A stretch of DNA of 64,000 nt, taken from Terriglobia bacterium. Lineage in GTDB: Bacteria > Acidobacteriota > Terriglobia > JAJPHL01. The stretch spans positions 202,868 to 266,867 of the forward strand of contig CAVVEL010000009.1 in the NCBI GenBank assembly GCA_963747095.1, given 5' to 3'. The notes beneath the pieces were generated by a model that worked only from the letters and a program-made list of their open reading frames with translations, did not search any database and was not told the DNA's origin. Position 1 is the stretch's first letter. Every line of letters begins with the position of its first letter. Below, piece after piece: positions 32,421 through 42,157 of this stretch. Both the position numbers and the translations under genes were made by a program.

Positions 32421-34400
32421 ATGCGCGCGTTCTTTGGCCCGGGAGGCGCGCTGGCGAGGGCCCATGCGCATTACGAATTCCGCCCGTCGCAGTTGGAAAT
32501 GGCCCAGGCGGTGGAATCCGCCTTCCGTGAAAAGCGCCACGTGATGGTGGAAGCAGGCACCGGCACGGGCAAGACGCTGGCCTATCTGCTGCCCGCGCTG
32601 CTAAGCGGGCGGCGCGCGATCGTTTCCACAGGCACCAAGAACTTGCAGGAGCAGCTCTTTCAAAAAGACGTTCCCTTCCTGCTCGACACTCTGACGCAGC
32701 GCGGGATTACCGACTTGAAAGTGTGTTACATGAAAGGCCGCGCAAATTATCTTTGCCGGCAGAAACTCTACGACCTGGAACGTGTCCCCGGATTGCCGAT
32801 GGAGCTCGATCCTCAAGCGGCTATCTTGAGGAAAATCCGCGCCTGGGACGAGACCACCGAGATGGGCGATCGCTCCGAGCTGACGTTCTTGCCAGAGGGT
32901 TCGAAAAACGACAATCTTTGGCATCAACTCGACGCTCGCCGTGAAACCTGCACCGGCCAAAAGTGTCCGCAATACGACCGCTGCTTCATCACCAACATGC
33001 ATCGTCGCGCCACGGAAGCGGACCTGATCATCGTGAACCACCATCTGCTGTTCGCGGACCTGGCGTTGAAGCGCGCCGGAATTCCCGGCATGTCGCTGTT
33101 GCCGTCCTATTCGGCGGTGATCTTCGACGAAGCGCATGAAGTGGAGGAAGTCGCCGGCCAGTACTTTGGAACCAGCGTCAGCAACTATCGCCTGGAAGGG
33201 TTGGCCTCCGACTGCGAAGCGTTGTTCGGGAAAGGCACCGGCACGCCGGAGTTGCATGGCGCCGTCCGGCGCCTGGAGCACAACGCCGAAGTTTTCTTCG
33301 GATTGCTGGCTGGTCCGGAAGGCCGCCTGGGATTCACCGAACGTGAAGAGTTCCGCGAGGAGCACGGCGCAACGTGCGGCAATCTGTTCTCCGCGCTGGA
33401 CGGCCTGCACTCGGCGCTGGCCGCGCTCCCCGCCGCCGCGCCGGAAGAAAAATCGGCGGCCCGGGAAGACGCGCAACGCTGCCTGGAACGCACCCTGGAA
33501 CTGCGCTCGGAGTTGGAGTTTCTCCTGGAAAGCAACAACAGTAACTTTGTCTTTTGGATCGAACGTCGCGGCCGCGGCGTCTTTTTACAAGCGACGCCCG
33601 TGGATGTTTCCACGCTGCTGGAAGAGCATCTTTTCCGCGACACCGACACCGTGGTGATGACTTCGGCCACGCTCTCCGTGGGCGGCAGCATGGAGTACGT
33701 GCGCCGCCGCTTGGGTCTGCGCTATGCGCGCGATTTTGTGCTGGAGTCGCCCTTCGATTACGCCTCGCAGGCGATACTGTATCTCCCGCACGATTTGCCC
33801 GATCCCCGGCACACGCGTTTTGCCGATCGCGCGGCGGAGGAGGTGATCCGGCTGCTGGAGGCGACTGCAGGCCGGGCGTTTGTGCTGTTCACCAGCTACG
33901 CACAAATGGATTTGGTATACGCGCAGGTCGCGGGCAGGGTAAAATTTCCTTTACTGGTGCAAGGGAAAGCGCCGAAGACGGCGCTGCTGGACGGATTCCG
34001 GTCGCGCCCTGGGGCGGTATTGTTTGCCACTTCCAGTTTTTGGCAGGGCGTGGACGTTCCCGGCGAGCAGTTGAGTTGCGTGATCGTGGACCGGCTGCCG
34101 TTCGCCGTGCCCACCGACCCGATCGTGATGGCCCGCTCGCGCCGCATCGACGAGGACGGCGGCAACGCTTTCCTGGACTACCAGATTCCCGGCGCGGTGC
34201 TGGCGTTGAAGCAAGGATTCGGCCGGCTGATCCGCTCGCGTACCGATCGCGGTGTGCTGGCGTTACTCGATTCGCGGATTCGCACTAAGCCGTATGGCGG
34301 ATTGTTTCTGGAAAGTCTGCCGGGATATCGCGTGACCTCCGATTTGGCGGAGGTGGAGCGGTTTATGAGAAAGGGAGCAAATGTTCGAAGTCACGGTTGA
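32421..34400 (+). CDS. DinG/YoaA family Fe-S DNA helicase
   Basis: EAGTGTGKT, KGRANYLC, CTGQKC..C, DEAH, FWQGVDVPG and QGFGRLIR. Confidence 0.95.
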   Translation: MRAFFGPGGALARAHAHYEFRPSQLEMAQAVESAFREKRHVMVEAGTGTGKTLAYLLPALLSGRRAIVSTGTKNLQEQLFQKDVPFLLDTLTQRGITDLKVCYMKGRANYLCRQKLYDLERVPGLPMELDPQAAILRKIRAWDETTEMGDRSELTFLPEGSKNDNLWHQLDARRETCTGQKCPQYDRCFITNMHRRATEADLIIVNHHLLFADLALKRAGIPGMSLLPSYSAVIFDEAHEVEEVAGQYFGTSVSNYRLEGLASDCEALFGKGTGTPELHGAVRRLEHNAEVFFGLLAGPEGRLGFTEREEFREEHGATCGNLFSALDGLHSALAALPAAAPEEKSAAREDAQRCLERTLELRSELEFLLESNNSNFVFWIERRGRGVFLQATPVDVSTLLEEHLFRDTDTVVMTSATLSVGGSMEYVRRRLGLRYARDFVLESPFDYASQAILYLPHDLPDPRHTRFADRAAEEVIRLLEATAGRAFVLFTSYAQMDLVYAQVAGRVKFPLLVQGKAPKTALLDGFRSRPGAVLFATSSFWQGVDVPGEQLSCVIVDRLPFAVPTDPIVMARSRRIDEDGGNAFLDYQIPGAVLALKQGFGRLIRSRTDRGVLALLDSRIRTKPYGGLFLESLPGYRVTSDLAEVERFMRKGANVRSHG

Positions 34401-34764
34401 CGAAACTTTTTCCTCCGGCCATGCTCTGCGCGGCTACAAGGGCAAGTGCGAGAATCCGCACGGCCACAACTACAAGGTTCGCGTGATGCTGAAAGGCAAG
34501 CAACTGGATTCGATCGGCCTGCTTTACGATTTCAAGGACGTCAAGCAAATTATCGCCGCCACGGTGGATCGTTTGGATCACCAGTACATCAACGACATTC
34601 CGCCGTTTGACGCGATCAATCCCTCCGCCGAGAACCTGGCGAAGTATTTCTTCGAAGAGAGCACCAGATTGCTGGCGGAACGCTTGCCGGGCAACGCGGT
34701 GGCGGTGACGGCGGTCACGGTGTGGGAGACCGATACGACGACGGCGACGTATACGCCGGATTAA
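34381..34764 (+). CDS. queD: 6-carboxytetrahydropterin synthase
   Basis: GHALRGYKGKCENPHGHNY, NPSAENLA and VWET. Confidence 0.95.
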   Translation: MFEVTVDETFSSGHALRGYKGKCENPHGHNYKVRVMLKGKQLDSIGLLYDFKDVKQIIAATVDRLDHQYINDIPPFDAINPSAENLAKYFFEESTRLLAERLPGNAVAVTAVTVWETDTTTATYTPD

Positions 34765-34778
34765 GGACAAGAAAAAAT

Positions 34779-34857
34779 GCAACCGCCGATGAACGCCGAT
34801 GAACGCCGATGAGAACGAGGGACCCATCGGCGTTTATCGGTGTTAATCGGCGGTTGC
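34779..34857. repeat. hairpin element of 10-nt tandem units, inside the que operon
   Basis: GCAACCGCCGATGAACGCCGATGAACGCCGAT / ATCGGCGTTTATCGGTGTTAATCGGCGGTTGC. Confidence 0.88.
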
Positions 34858-34870
34858 TTTTGTTTCCGGT

Positions 34871-35512
34871 ATGCAGATCACCGAAATCTTCTTCTCGATT
34901 CAGGGAGAGTCCACCTTCACGGGCCGGCCGTGCATCTTTGTGCGGCTGACGGCCTGCAATCTGCGTTGCGTGTGGTGCGACAGCGAGTATACGTTTACCG
35001 GCGGTGTGAAAATGACGCTCGATGAAGTGCTGGCGCGCGTGGATAGCTATCCCTGCAAATTGGTGGAGATCACCGGCGGCGAGCCGATGCTCCAGGAGAA
35101 GGAAGTGCTGGAGTTGTGCCGCGCGTTGCTTGATCGCGGCTGCCAGGTGCTGATCGAAACCAGCGGCGAGCGCGATCTGTCATGCCTGCCCGCCGAAGTG
35201 ATCAAGATCATGGACGTGAAATGCCCCGGATCGGGAGAAGGCGGAAGTTTCCGCATGTCCAACTTGGACACTTTGACGCCGCGCGACGAAGCAAAGTTTG
35301 TGCTGGCCGATCGCCGGGACTACGACTTCACACTGGACTTCATTCGCGCTCATTCGTTGCGCGATAAGGTCAACGCCGTAAATCTCTCGCCCGTGTTCGG
35401 CAGTTTAAATCCGCGCGACCTGGCGGAGTGGATGCTGGCCGATGGATTAGACGCGCGTTTGGGAATGCAGATCCATAAGTTCATTTGGGATCCTGGGACA
35501 AAAGGCGTATGA
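34871..35512 (+). CDS. queE: 7-carboxy-7-deazaguanine synthase (radical SAM)
   Basis: [24 protein letters not shown] and QIHK. Confidence 0.95.
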   Translation: MQITEIFFSIQGESTFTGRPCIFVRLTACNLRCVWCDSEYTFTGGVKMTLDEVLARVDSYPCKLVEITGGEPMLQEKEVLELCRALLDRGCQVLIETSGERDLSCLPAEVIKIMDVKCPGSGEGGSFRMSNLDTLTPRDEAKFVLADRRDYDFTLDFIRAHSLRDKVNAVNLSPVFGSLNPRDLAEWMLADGLDARLGMQIHKFIWDPGTKGV

Positions 35513-36180
35513 GCAGCACGGCCGTGGTGCTGGTTTCCGGTGGCATGGACAGTTGTGTCACCGCTGCGCTGGCTGCTGCCGAAGGTCACTCGCTGGCCTT
35601 GCTGCACTCCAGCTACGGCCAACGGACCGAAGCGCGCGAGCGGCGAGCGTTCGAAGAAATAGCGCGTCACTATGGCGCGCGCCTGTTGTGGCTCGATCAG
35701 CGCTATCTCGGCCGCATCGGCGGATCGAGCCTCACGGACGCCGCGATTCCGGTGAGTGAAGCGGATCTGGAGTCCACGGCGATTCCCACGAGCTATGTGC
35801 CCTTCCGCAACGCGCACTTCCTGTCTGCGGCGGTATCGTGGGCGGAGGTGATCGGCGCGCAGCATATTTACATCGGCGCGGTGTTCGCGGACAGCTCCGG
35901 GTATCCCGATTGCCGGCCCGAGTATTACGAAGCGTTCAACCAGCTAGTGCGGCGCGGCACGAAGCCCGAGACGCACATCGAAATTGTGGCTCCGTTGATC
36001 GGCTTGCACAAACACGAAATCATCCGCAAAGGGATGGAGTTGGGCGCGCCGTTGCATCTCACCTGGAGTTGTTATCGCAACAGCGATCTGGCTTGCGGGA
36101 CGTGCGATAGTTGCGCGTTGCGTCTGCGCGCGTTTGCGCAAGCGGGGGTAGTGGATCCTATACCGTATGCCCGTCGGTAG
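35509..36180 (+). CDS. queC: 7-cyano-7-deazaguanine synthase
   Basis: SGGMDS, YVPFRN, GYPDCR, TWSCY and CGTCDSC; ATGA overlap with queE. Confidence 0.97.
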   Translation: MSSTAVVLVSGGMDSCVTAALAAAEGHSLALLHSSYGQRTEARERRAFEEIARHYGARLLWLDQRYLGRIGGSSLTDAAIPVSEADLESTAIPTSYVPFRNAHFLSAAVSWAEVIGAQHIYIGAVFADSSGYPDCRPEYYEAFNQLVRRGTKPETHIEIVAPLIGLHKHEIIRKGMELGAPLHLTWSCYRNSDLACGTCDSCALRLRAFAQAGVVDPIPYARR

Positions 36181-36280
36181 GAATGGAAGCGATCGACGGC
36201 ATTGGCGAAATCGCTCCGGGGCCGTTGTGGTACAGTCGGTTCACCTGCGACATCTGCGGATAAACTCTTGGCCTGCGCTA

Positions 36281-37666
36281 CTAGCGTTTTCCTTGAAACG
36301 CGTAAAGCGTGGTTTTCGTGCGAATGTAGATTTTGCCATCCGCGATGGCCGGCGTGGCATTGCATTCCTCGCGCAGATCGTTTACCGCCAGCACTTCCCA
36401 CTGCGGCGCGGCCTTCAGCACGATGACTTTCCCGGCCGCGTTAAGGAAATATACTTTGCCATCTCCGGCGACCGGCGAGGCGGAGTGCTCGTCGAGCGCT
36501 TCTTTGGCGCGCTCTACCTTGAACGTCTGGCCGGTTTGCGGGTCAAGCGACGCGAGAATTCCGCCCGCCTTAACCAAATAGAGCACGTCCTTGTAGAGCA
36601 CTGGCGTGGACATGTTGGGCGCGTGCTTCTTCTCCCGCCATAGATAACCGTTGGCGGTCAAGTCTCCGCGCCCCTGGGGATGGATGGCGATCAAGCCGTA
36701 GTCTCCCTGCGCATCCTTCATAATCTCCTCCCACTCGGCGCGATCGAGAAAACCATCCTTATTGCGGTCCAAGCCTCCGAAATAATCACCGAACTCCGGA
36801 TCGGGCTTGGCTTCCTCCTCCGAAATGCGCCCGTCGCCATTTTTGTCCAACTTTTTCAGCAGCGCGTCAAATGTCGGCCCCGCAGGGCCGTCGGAACCAT
36901 AGGTGCTGATGATCAGCTCGTCCTTATTCACCAATGGTGAAGGGATAGGAAATGAAGCGACGCCACGCAGCCACCATAAATGTTCGCCGTTGGCGAGCGC
37001 GTAGGCGTCCACGCGATGCGGGCCAAGAATCACCACTTGATCGCCGAAGATCGCCGGTGAAGTATAGCCCTCGCCGTGGATCTCGCTACGCTCGATGCGC
37101 CAGCGGGGCCGTCCGGACTGGGCGTCAACGGCCAGTAGAAAAGCTTTGTCGCGGGTGTCGCAAACCAGCAGCAGCGTATCTCCAGCCAGCACCGGCGAAG
37201 CGCCCAGTCCATAGAAAGTGTCGAACGGGCCTAGCGGCACCCGCCAGCGTTCTTTCCCTTTGAAATCGTAGGAGACCAGTCCGAAATCGGCGAAGAACGC
37301 GTAAACGGCCTTGCTATCGGCGGTGGGTGACGGCGAGGCAGGATCGTTGGCTTTTAGCGTTGAGGTAACGCGCCTACGCACGATCTGGCGGCGCCACAGT
37401 TCGCGGCCCGTTTTGCGGTCGAAGCAGAGTGTCAGCAGCTTGTCGCCTTCCGAAGCGGTGAGAAAGATGCGCTCGCCGCTAGTCACCGGCGACGATCGTC
37501 CGAAGGGCACCGCGGTCTTCCAGGCGACGTTCTTGGCGGGCGAAAATTCCACCGGCAGGCTCGCGGAGTCGGACACGCCAGATCCGTTGGGTCCGCGAAA
37601 GCGCGGCCATTCTTGGGCTGTCGCCAGCGTTACACAAAAGACCAGGAGGCACCCGATTCGCGGCAT
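36281..37666 (-). CDS. PQQ-like beta-propeller repeat protein with inserted EF-hands
   Basis: WPRFRGPNGSG, repeated G..LW motifs, DKNGDGRISEEE and DRNKDGFLDRAE loops. Confidence 0.9.
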   Translation of the reverse strand: MPRIGCLLVFCVTLATAQEWPRFRGPNGSGVSDSASLPVEFSPAKNVAWKTAVPFGRSSPVTSGERIFLTASEGDKLLTLCFDRKTGRELWRRQIVRRRVTSTLKANDPASPSPTADSKAVYAFFADFGLVSYDFKGKERWRVPLGPFDTFYGLGASPVLAGDTLLLVCDTRDKAFLLAVDAQSGRPRWRIERSEIHGEGYTSPAIFGDQVVILGPHRVDAYALANGEHLWWLRGVASFPIPSPLVNKDELIISTYGSDGPAGPTFDALLKKLDKNGDGRISEEEAKPDPEFGDYFGGLDRNKDGFLDRAEWEEIMKDAQGDYGLIAIHPQGRGDLTANGYLWREKKHAPNMSTPVLYKDVLYLVKAGGILASLDPQTGQTFKVERAKEALDEHSASPVAGDGKVYFLNAAGKVIVLKAAPQWEVLAVNDLREECNATPAIADGKIYIRTKTTLYAFQGKR

Positions 37667-38096
37667 CCCAAGAGTTTACAATAGCTCGGTCCGCAGCGGC
37701 CTGGAACGAGCCGGTGGTTCTAGGGCTTGCCTTTGCCTATCAGCAATCGAGGGTTTGGCATCGCCGAACGCCGCCGGTCTTGAGAGCGTAAACCGCCGCC
37801 TATCCAATCGTGGAGAACGCAATATTTGGCGCAAGACCTGATTCTCCATGTTGATTTACTCGTCAGGGAGACGCAGAGTCTTGAACTGACGTGTATACTA
37901 GGCGAAGTCACCACGATGGCTTGCCACTGGCGTAGCTCGATTGACGGGCTTAGCGCCAGGGGCAGCCGGCAGGGCTGTTTCGATTCCGAGCCCGAAATAA
38001 AGAGAGCAAGAGAAGAAAAAGTACTGTGGCCCGGATGGTGCAGGGCCGGGGCGCTTGAGAAACGCTTGAGAAATCATGCTTGAGAAATCAGGAGAG

Positions 38097-39353
38097 ATGA
38101 CGATGAAATTGGCGAAAGTGGTGAAGGGGGTAAGAGCCGCGTTGCTTTTCACTCTGGCGACCGCGGCTTGGGCGCAGGTCAATGTGGGTGAACAGAAACC
38201 CGAAGCAGACCTGCCGTTCAACATGACCACGGTGGCCACATTTGAACTGCCTTGGCGGATCGCCTTCCTGCCCGATGGCCGCATGCTGGTCACGGAAAAG
38301 GTTGGACCGGTTTGGCTGGTGTCCCAGCAAGGAGAGAAGATCCCGGTTGGCGGTACTCCCCCGGTCTATTGGCAGGGCCAGAACGGCATGTTAGGCGTCT
38401 TCGTCTCGCCGCATTACGCCACCGATCAGAGTATTTATCTCACGTATGTTGAACCGGGTGATTATGGCGGTGGTCTGGCGCTGGCCCGCGCCAAGCTGCA
38501 CGCCAATCCCACCTCGGCCCGGCTGGGAAACTTCGAGGTGCTGTGGCGCCAGATGCCGAGAGGCAAGGGCGGCCAGGCCGGCGCGCAGATCGCCTTTTCG
38601 CCGGACGGCCAGTATCTGTTCCTCGCGGTTGGCGACCGCCAGCGCATGACCCCGGCCCAGGATCCCAGCCAGCCCGTCGGCAAGATCCTGCGCCTGACGC
38701 TCGATGGCAAACCGGCGCCCGGCAATCCCAACTTCGGCAAAACCGGCGCGGCCACCGTTCCCCTGATCGATCCGCCCATGGACACCGAAGCCGCCAAGTC
38801 TGCCAAGGTGGTGAGCACGTATACCTTCCCCGGTCCAAACCTGACACCGGCGGAAACCTGGGCCAGCGGAGTCCGCACGCCCTACGGCCTGGCGTTTTCT
38901 CCCAACGGCGAATTGTGGGAGGTCGAGCACGGCCCGCGCGGCGGCGACGAGCTCAATCTGATCGAGCCGGGCAAGAATTACGGCTGGCCGCTGGTCTCCT
39001 ACGGCATGAACTATAACGGCGTACCCATTCCGAATCCCGACACCCGGCCCGATTTGGCGAAGCCGGTGCTTTATTGGGTGCCGGTGATCGCGCCCGGCAA
39101 TCTGATGTTCTACAGCGGCACGCAGACCTTCCCCCAATGGAACGGTAGCGGCATCATTAGCGGCTTGGCGAGCACGTCGCTCACCCGCATCATCTTTGAC
39201 GGCCACGGCGGCGCCAAACCCGCCGAACGCTGGGATGTTGGCAAACGCATCCGCGATGTGGAAGAAGGCCCCGATGGCTCGCTGTGGTTGCTGGAAGACG
39301 CCAATCCCGGCGCCTTAATCCATCTGACACCCAAAGTGACTTCTTCGCGGTAG
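38097..39353 (+). CDS. PQQ-dependent soluble sugar dehydrogenase (YliI/Asd-like)
   Basis: FLPDGRMLVTEK, EHGPRGGDELN, NYGWP and RIRDV. Confidence 0.93.
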   Translation: MTMKLAKVVKGVRAALLFTLATAAWAQVNVGEQKPEADLPFNMTTVATFELPWRIAFLPDGRMLVTEKVGPVWLVSQQGEKIPVGGTPPVYWQGQNGMLGVFVSPHYATDQSIYLTYVEPGDYGGGLALARAKLHANPTSARLGNFEVLWRQMPRGKGGQAGAQIAFSPDGQYLFLAVGDRQRMTPAQDPSQPVGKILRLTLDGKPAPGNPNFGKTGAATVPLIDPPMDTEAAKSAKVVSTYTFPGPNLTPAETWASGVRTPYGLAFSPNGELWEVEHGPRGGDELNLIEPGKNYGWPLVSYGMNYNGVPIPNPDTRPDLAKPVLYWVPVIAPGNLMFYSGTQTFPQWNGSGIISGLASTSLTRIIFDGHGGAKPAERWDVGKRIRDVEEGPDGSLWLLEDANPGALIHLTPKVTSSR

Positions 39354-39402
39354 GGGGCTGTCTGTGAGATTAGTTTAGAGTGGAACATTCGGAAGGAACG
39401 TT

Positions 39403-39606
39403 AGATCGCCCTTTCAGGGCTTGCTTTGTTGGCTGTTGGTACCCAGGGCGCCGCTTCGCTTGCCCTGGGCTGGCATAGGCCGGGCCGCTGGCCCTCAGGA
39501 AGTCCGCGACAACGGAAGCCCCGACCGGGGCGCGCTATTCCAGCCCAGGGCAAGCGAAGCGTCGCCCTGGGTAGGTCCGAGTTTCATTCCAGCCCTGAAA
39601 GGGCGC
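39403..39606. repeat. REP-like composite, family R3
   Basis: GCCCTTTCAGGGC ... ACCCAGGGCG..GCCCTGGGCT ... AGCCCAGGGC..GCCCTGGGT ... GCCCTGAAAGGGC. Confidence 0.8.
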
Positions 39607-39835
39607 ACTAAAGATCTTCACCAGACAGGCCACTAGCAGGCAGGGGTCGGCTTGGAGTTCGACGATTTCCTTCTGAGCCTTGCCTCTGTTGAGAACTCAG
39701 GAAGTCACGGAAGATTGATCAGGATTGCAAAATGAAATTCGTCAAGTCCAGGCCGACACCGGCCTCCCCACACCGGCCTCCCCGATCGAACTCCGATCGG
39801 AGAATCAGACTGGCGTTGCCGTGAAGAACTGCGCG

Positions 39836-39910
39836 CGAAAAATGGCTACGCAGATCAGGCTGTCCCCGTCCTTGCGTCCGTCCTTGCGTCCTTGCCCCCG
39901 TCCTTGCTCT
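39836..39910. repeat. dispersed ACGCAGATCAGGCTGTCCCCG repeat followed by short tandem GTCCTTGC units
   Basis: The same 21-mer recurs at 43943-43963, where tandem GTCGGGAACGGCGG units precede it. Confidence 0.6.
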
Positions 39911-40008
39911 AGCTTCCACCTAAGATTCTTTGAGAACAGCGTGGCTTTTTTGGTTGGTTTAGGCATCGTACCTCCCAGTCGGAAGGATTGTAACGTAAAG
40001 AAGTCACA

Positions 40009-40073
40009 ATTTCGTGTTTTTCGTGGTTGGGGTTCTAACAGCTAACCACGAAAAACACCAAAGACACGAAAAT
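40009..40073. repeat. 9-nt-unit repeat arms (CACGAAAAA type)
   Basis: TTTCGTGTTTTTCGTGGTT / AACCACGAAAAACACCAAAGACACGAAA. Confidence 0.7.
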
Positions 40074-40131
40074 ACAGGTGGACAAGACGATCCGCCGTTT
40101 AGCGCGGATTGCCGCTGTAGTCTTTGGCTCC

Positions 40132-40452
40132 TTAAGCGCCGATCGTGCGCAGCGGATAATCCACGACGATCGCCTTGCCGTCCGTGATGGCGCGCAACGA
40201 GTGCGGCACGTTCGGCGGCACAACCGCGGCCATGCCGGGGCCGGCGACTTGCTTGACGCCGTCCAGCGTGATCTCCACCTGGCCTTCGATCACGTCCCAC
40301 ACTTCTTCCTGTTCATGGAAATGCTCGTGGACCGTCGAGCCGGCCTTGAAGTCGTAGTGCGCGATGGTCATGTTGAGCGAGTGGAAGTATCGCCCGAACC
40401 AGCCGGGCTTGCGCTCGATGACTTCGAGGTTGGCTGTGTCGATGAATGGCAT
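40132..40452 (-). CDS. cupin domain protein
   Basis: HEHFHEQEE...PNVPH cupin motifs. Confidence 0.9.
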   Translation of the reverse strand: MPFIDTANLEVIERKPGWFGRYFHSLNMTIAHYDFKAGSTVHEHFHEQEEVWDVIEGQVEITLDGVKQVAGPGMAAVVPPNVPHSLRAITDGKAIVVDYPLRTIGA

Positions 40453-40527
40453 ACGGCGCTCGGAAACAGCAACGCCGCGCGGCCTCCCTGGTGGAAGCCG
40501 CGAGCGTTGAGTGCGAAGCCGAGTGGG

Positions 40528-41063
40528 CTATTGCTTGGCCGCGGGTCTGATGCGCGCGCACACGGTGTGCGCTCCCGTCGGGTCGAGGGCGCTGCGCCCC
40601 TGCTCCACGTTCTGGATGACGCCGTTGCCGTCCACCACAAAGGTGGTGCGGTTGGCGATTCCCACATCCTCGTTGAGAATGCCGTACTCCTTCGAGGTCT
40701 TGTGGTTTAGATCGCTCAGCAGGGGGAACTTCACGCCGATCTCATCGGCGAACTTCTTGTTGGCAGCGAACGAATCGACCGAGATGCCCAGGACTTGTGT
40801 GTTGGTTTCTTCGAATTTGGCGATATCAGCCTGATACGCCTTAAGTTCGGTCGTTCAACCACCCGTAAACGCGAGCACGTAGAACGCCAGAACCACGGTC
40901 TTTCCCTTGAAGTCGCTCAGCTTGACCACCTTATTGTTTTGGTCGTGCAGAGAGAATTCGGGAGCCTTGTCGCCCGCCTTCAAGGGCGTCACGGCGGCCG
41001 GGGTCTGGCGATTGCGGCCGTGCTCAGAGCAGCCGCAAGCAGTACAGAACCCAGTAACTTCAT
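40528..41063 (-). CDS. AhpC/TSA family peroxiredoxin, probable selenoprotein (in-frame TGA at 40855-40857; 1-nt deletion near 41006)
   Basis: LKAGDKAPEFSL..VKLSDFKGKTVVLAFYVLAFTGG(TGA)TTELKAYQ..VLGISVDS..FPLLSD..RTTFVVD; GGAGG-preceded ATG at 41063 encodes a signal peptide one base out of frame. Confidence 0.88.
40819..40840 (-). promoter_or_regulatory. SECIS-like hairpin downstream of the TGA
   Basis: mRNA GGCG-UAUCA-GGC-UGAUA-U-CGCC starts 14 nt after the UGA and has a G-starting apical loop. Confidence 0.65.
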
Positions 41064-41311
41064 GTGTGTAAAACCTCCGGACCGTATCTTACACCATTTC
41101 CACGCGCCCGTGCCATTTCCAGCGCCCGAACGTAAGCTACTCAACGACGGTTGCACTCGACAGCCGGTTGGCGTAAGGTGCTGCGGAATCGGGGTCGGCC
41201 TGGCTGGTAAGCTACCAACTACGCCGGACTAGGTCGCTGACCCACTACCCCGATTTCCGTGCTGCGGATGAAACCTTCAGAGTGATAAGATCCCCTAAAG
41301 GAGCAACCACC

Positions 41312-41707
41312 ATGCGCGCTGTAATCAGTCTCGTTGGAATGCTGATCGTCACGGGCGTTGGCTTGTTCATCTATCGCGCCGAACTCACAGGAAAGAGCGG
41401 CACCGCGGCAACGATGGGCACCAACAATATTCGGGCTGTAGTCGATGTCACGGGCGTCGAGGCCGATCTGACTACCATGGCCCAAGCCGAACGCGGCTTG
41501 CTGGCGCAGAACGGCCACTATGCCACGCTGGAAGAGTTGGAGTCCAGCGGCAGTGTCCAGGAAGGCCGGACCAAGGGACGCTTGGGCTACACCTACTCTG
41601 TGGAGAGCAACGAGCGCAGTTTCACGATCACAGCCAAATACGACGGCCCGGCCACGGGCATGCCCACTCTCTCGATCGACGAAACCATGCAAATCGCCAG
41701 GAAATAG
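41312..41707 (+). CDS. pilin/pseudopilin-like membrane-anchored hypothetical protein
   Basis: AAGGAG RBS, N-terminal TM helix, AQAER..NGHYATLEEL, YTYSV..FTITA; no class III prepilin motif visible. Confidence 0.7.
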   Translation: MRAVISLVGMLIVTGVGLFIYRAELTGKSGTAATMGTNNIRAVVDVTGVEADLTTMAQAERGLLAQNGHYATLEELESSGSVQEGRTKGRLGYTYSVESNERSFTITAKYDGPATGMPTLSIDETMQIARK

Positions 41708-42157
41708 CGGGGAAGCAGTTCTGCGAGGAGCTAACTCGTGTCTGCCGACCCAACGGTGCTTTCATTCCGCGAAACACTTCGCGGAAACGGCGCTGGTGTT
41801 AGCGCAGATTGGGAAATGCGGGGACAGCTGTCCCCTCGCTTCCCCCGAACGAACAGCCGGGATCTCGAGTACTCGGCGTGCCCGGGTTTTCGTGGCGAGG
41901 TTTCATGATGGAAAAATCTTTACGCGCCGAGGAAAATGTTCTCCCTTGTCGTTGACGGTGGACATTTCATAAATCGTTCTCCTGCAATGCCCTATCTGGC
42001 CATGTAACCAAGGTCGCGGCCCCCGCGTATCTCTAGCCAGCGGTTTCCTTTTGGGCGGTTCTGAAGTTTCCGCGCTGGGCCGCACACGTCGCGCAGGAGT
42101 TTGCATGCAAACTCCGTCACTTCGCCGAAACACTCCGATACGAAAGCGAGGACTGAC

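Noticed and set aside
32421-34400. Type IV CRISPR-associated DinG
   Set aside because: No csf/cas genes or array; it has ordinary YoaA-like Fe-S motifs and sits next to der.
35509-36180. QatC-like defence protein
   Set aside because: Canonical-length QueC with queD and queE; no QatA, QatB or QatD neighbours.
41100-41280. tRNA or riboswitch in this and other long intergenic gaps (1300-1478, 37667-38050, 41708-42150)
   Set aside because: No cloverleaf or riboswitch consensus was recognisable by eye; a covariance-model search would be needed to exclude one.
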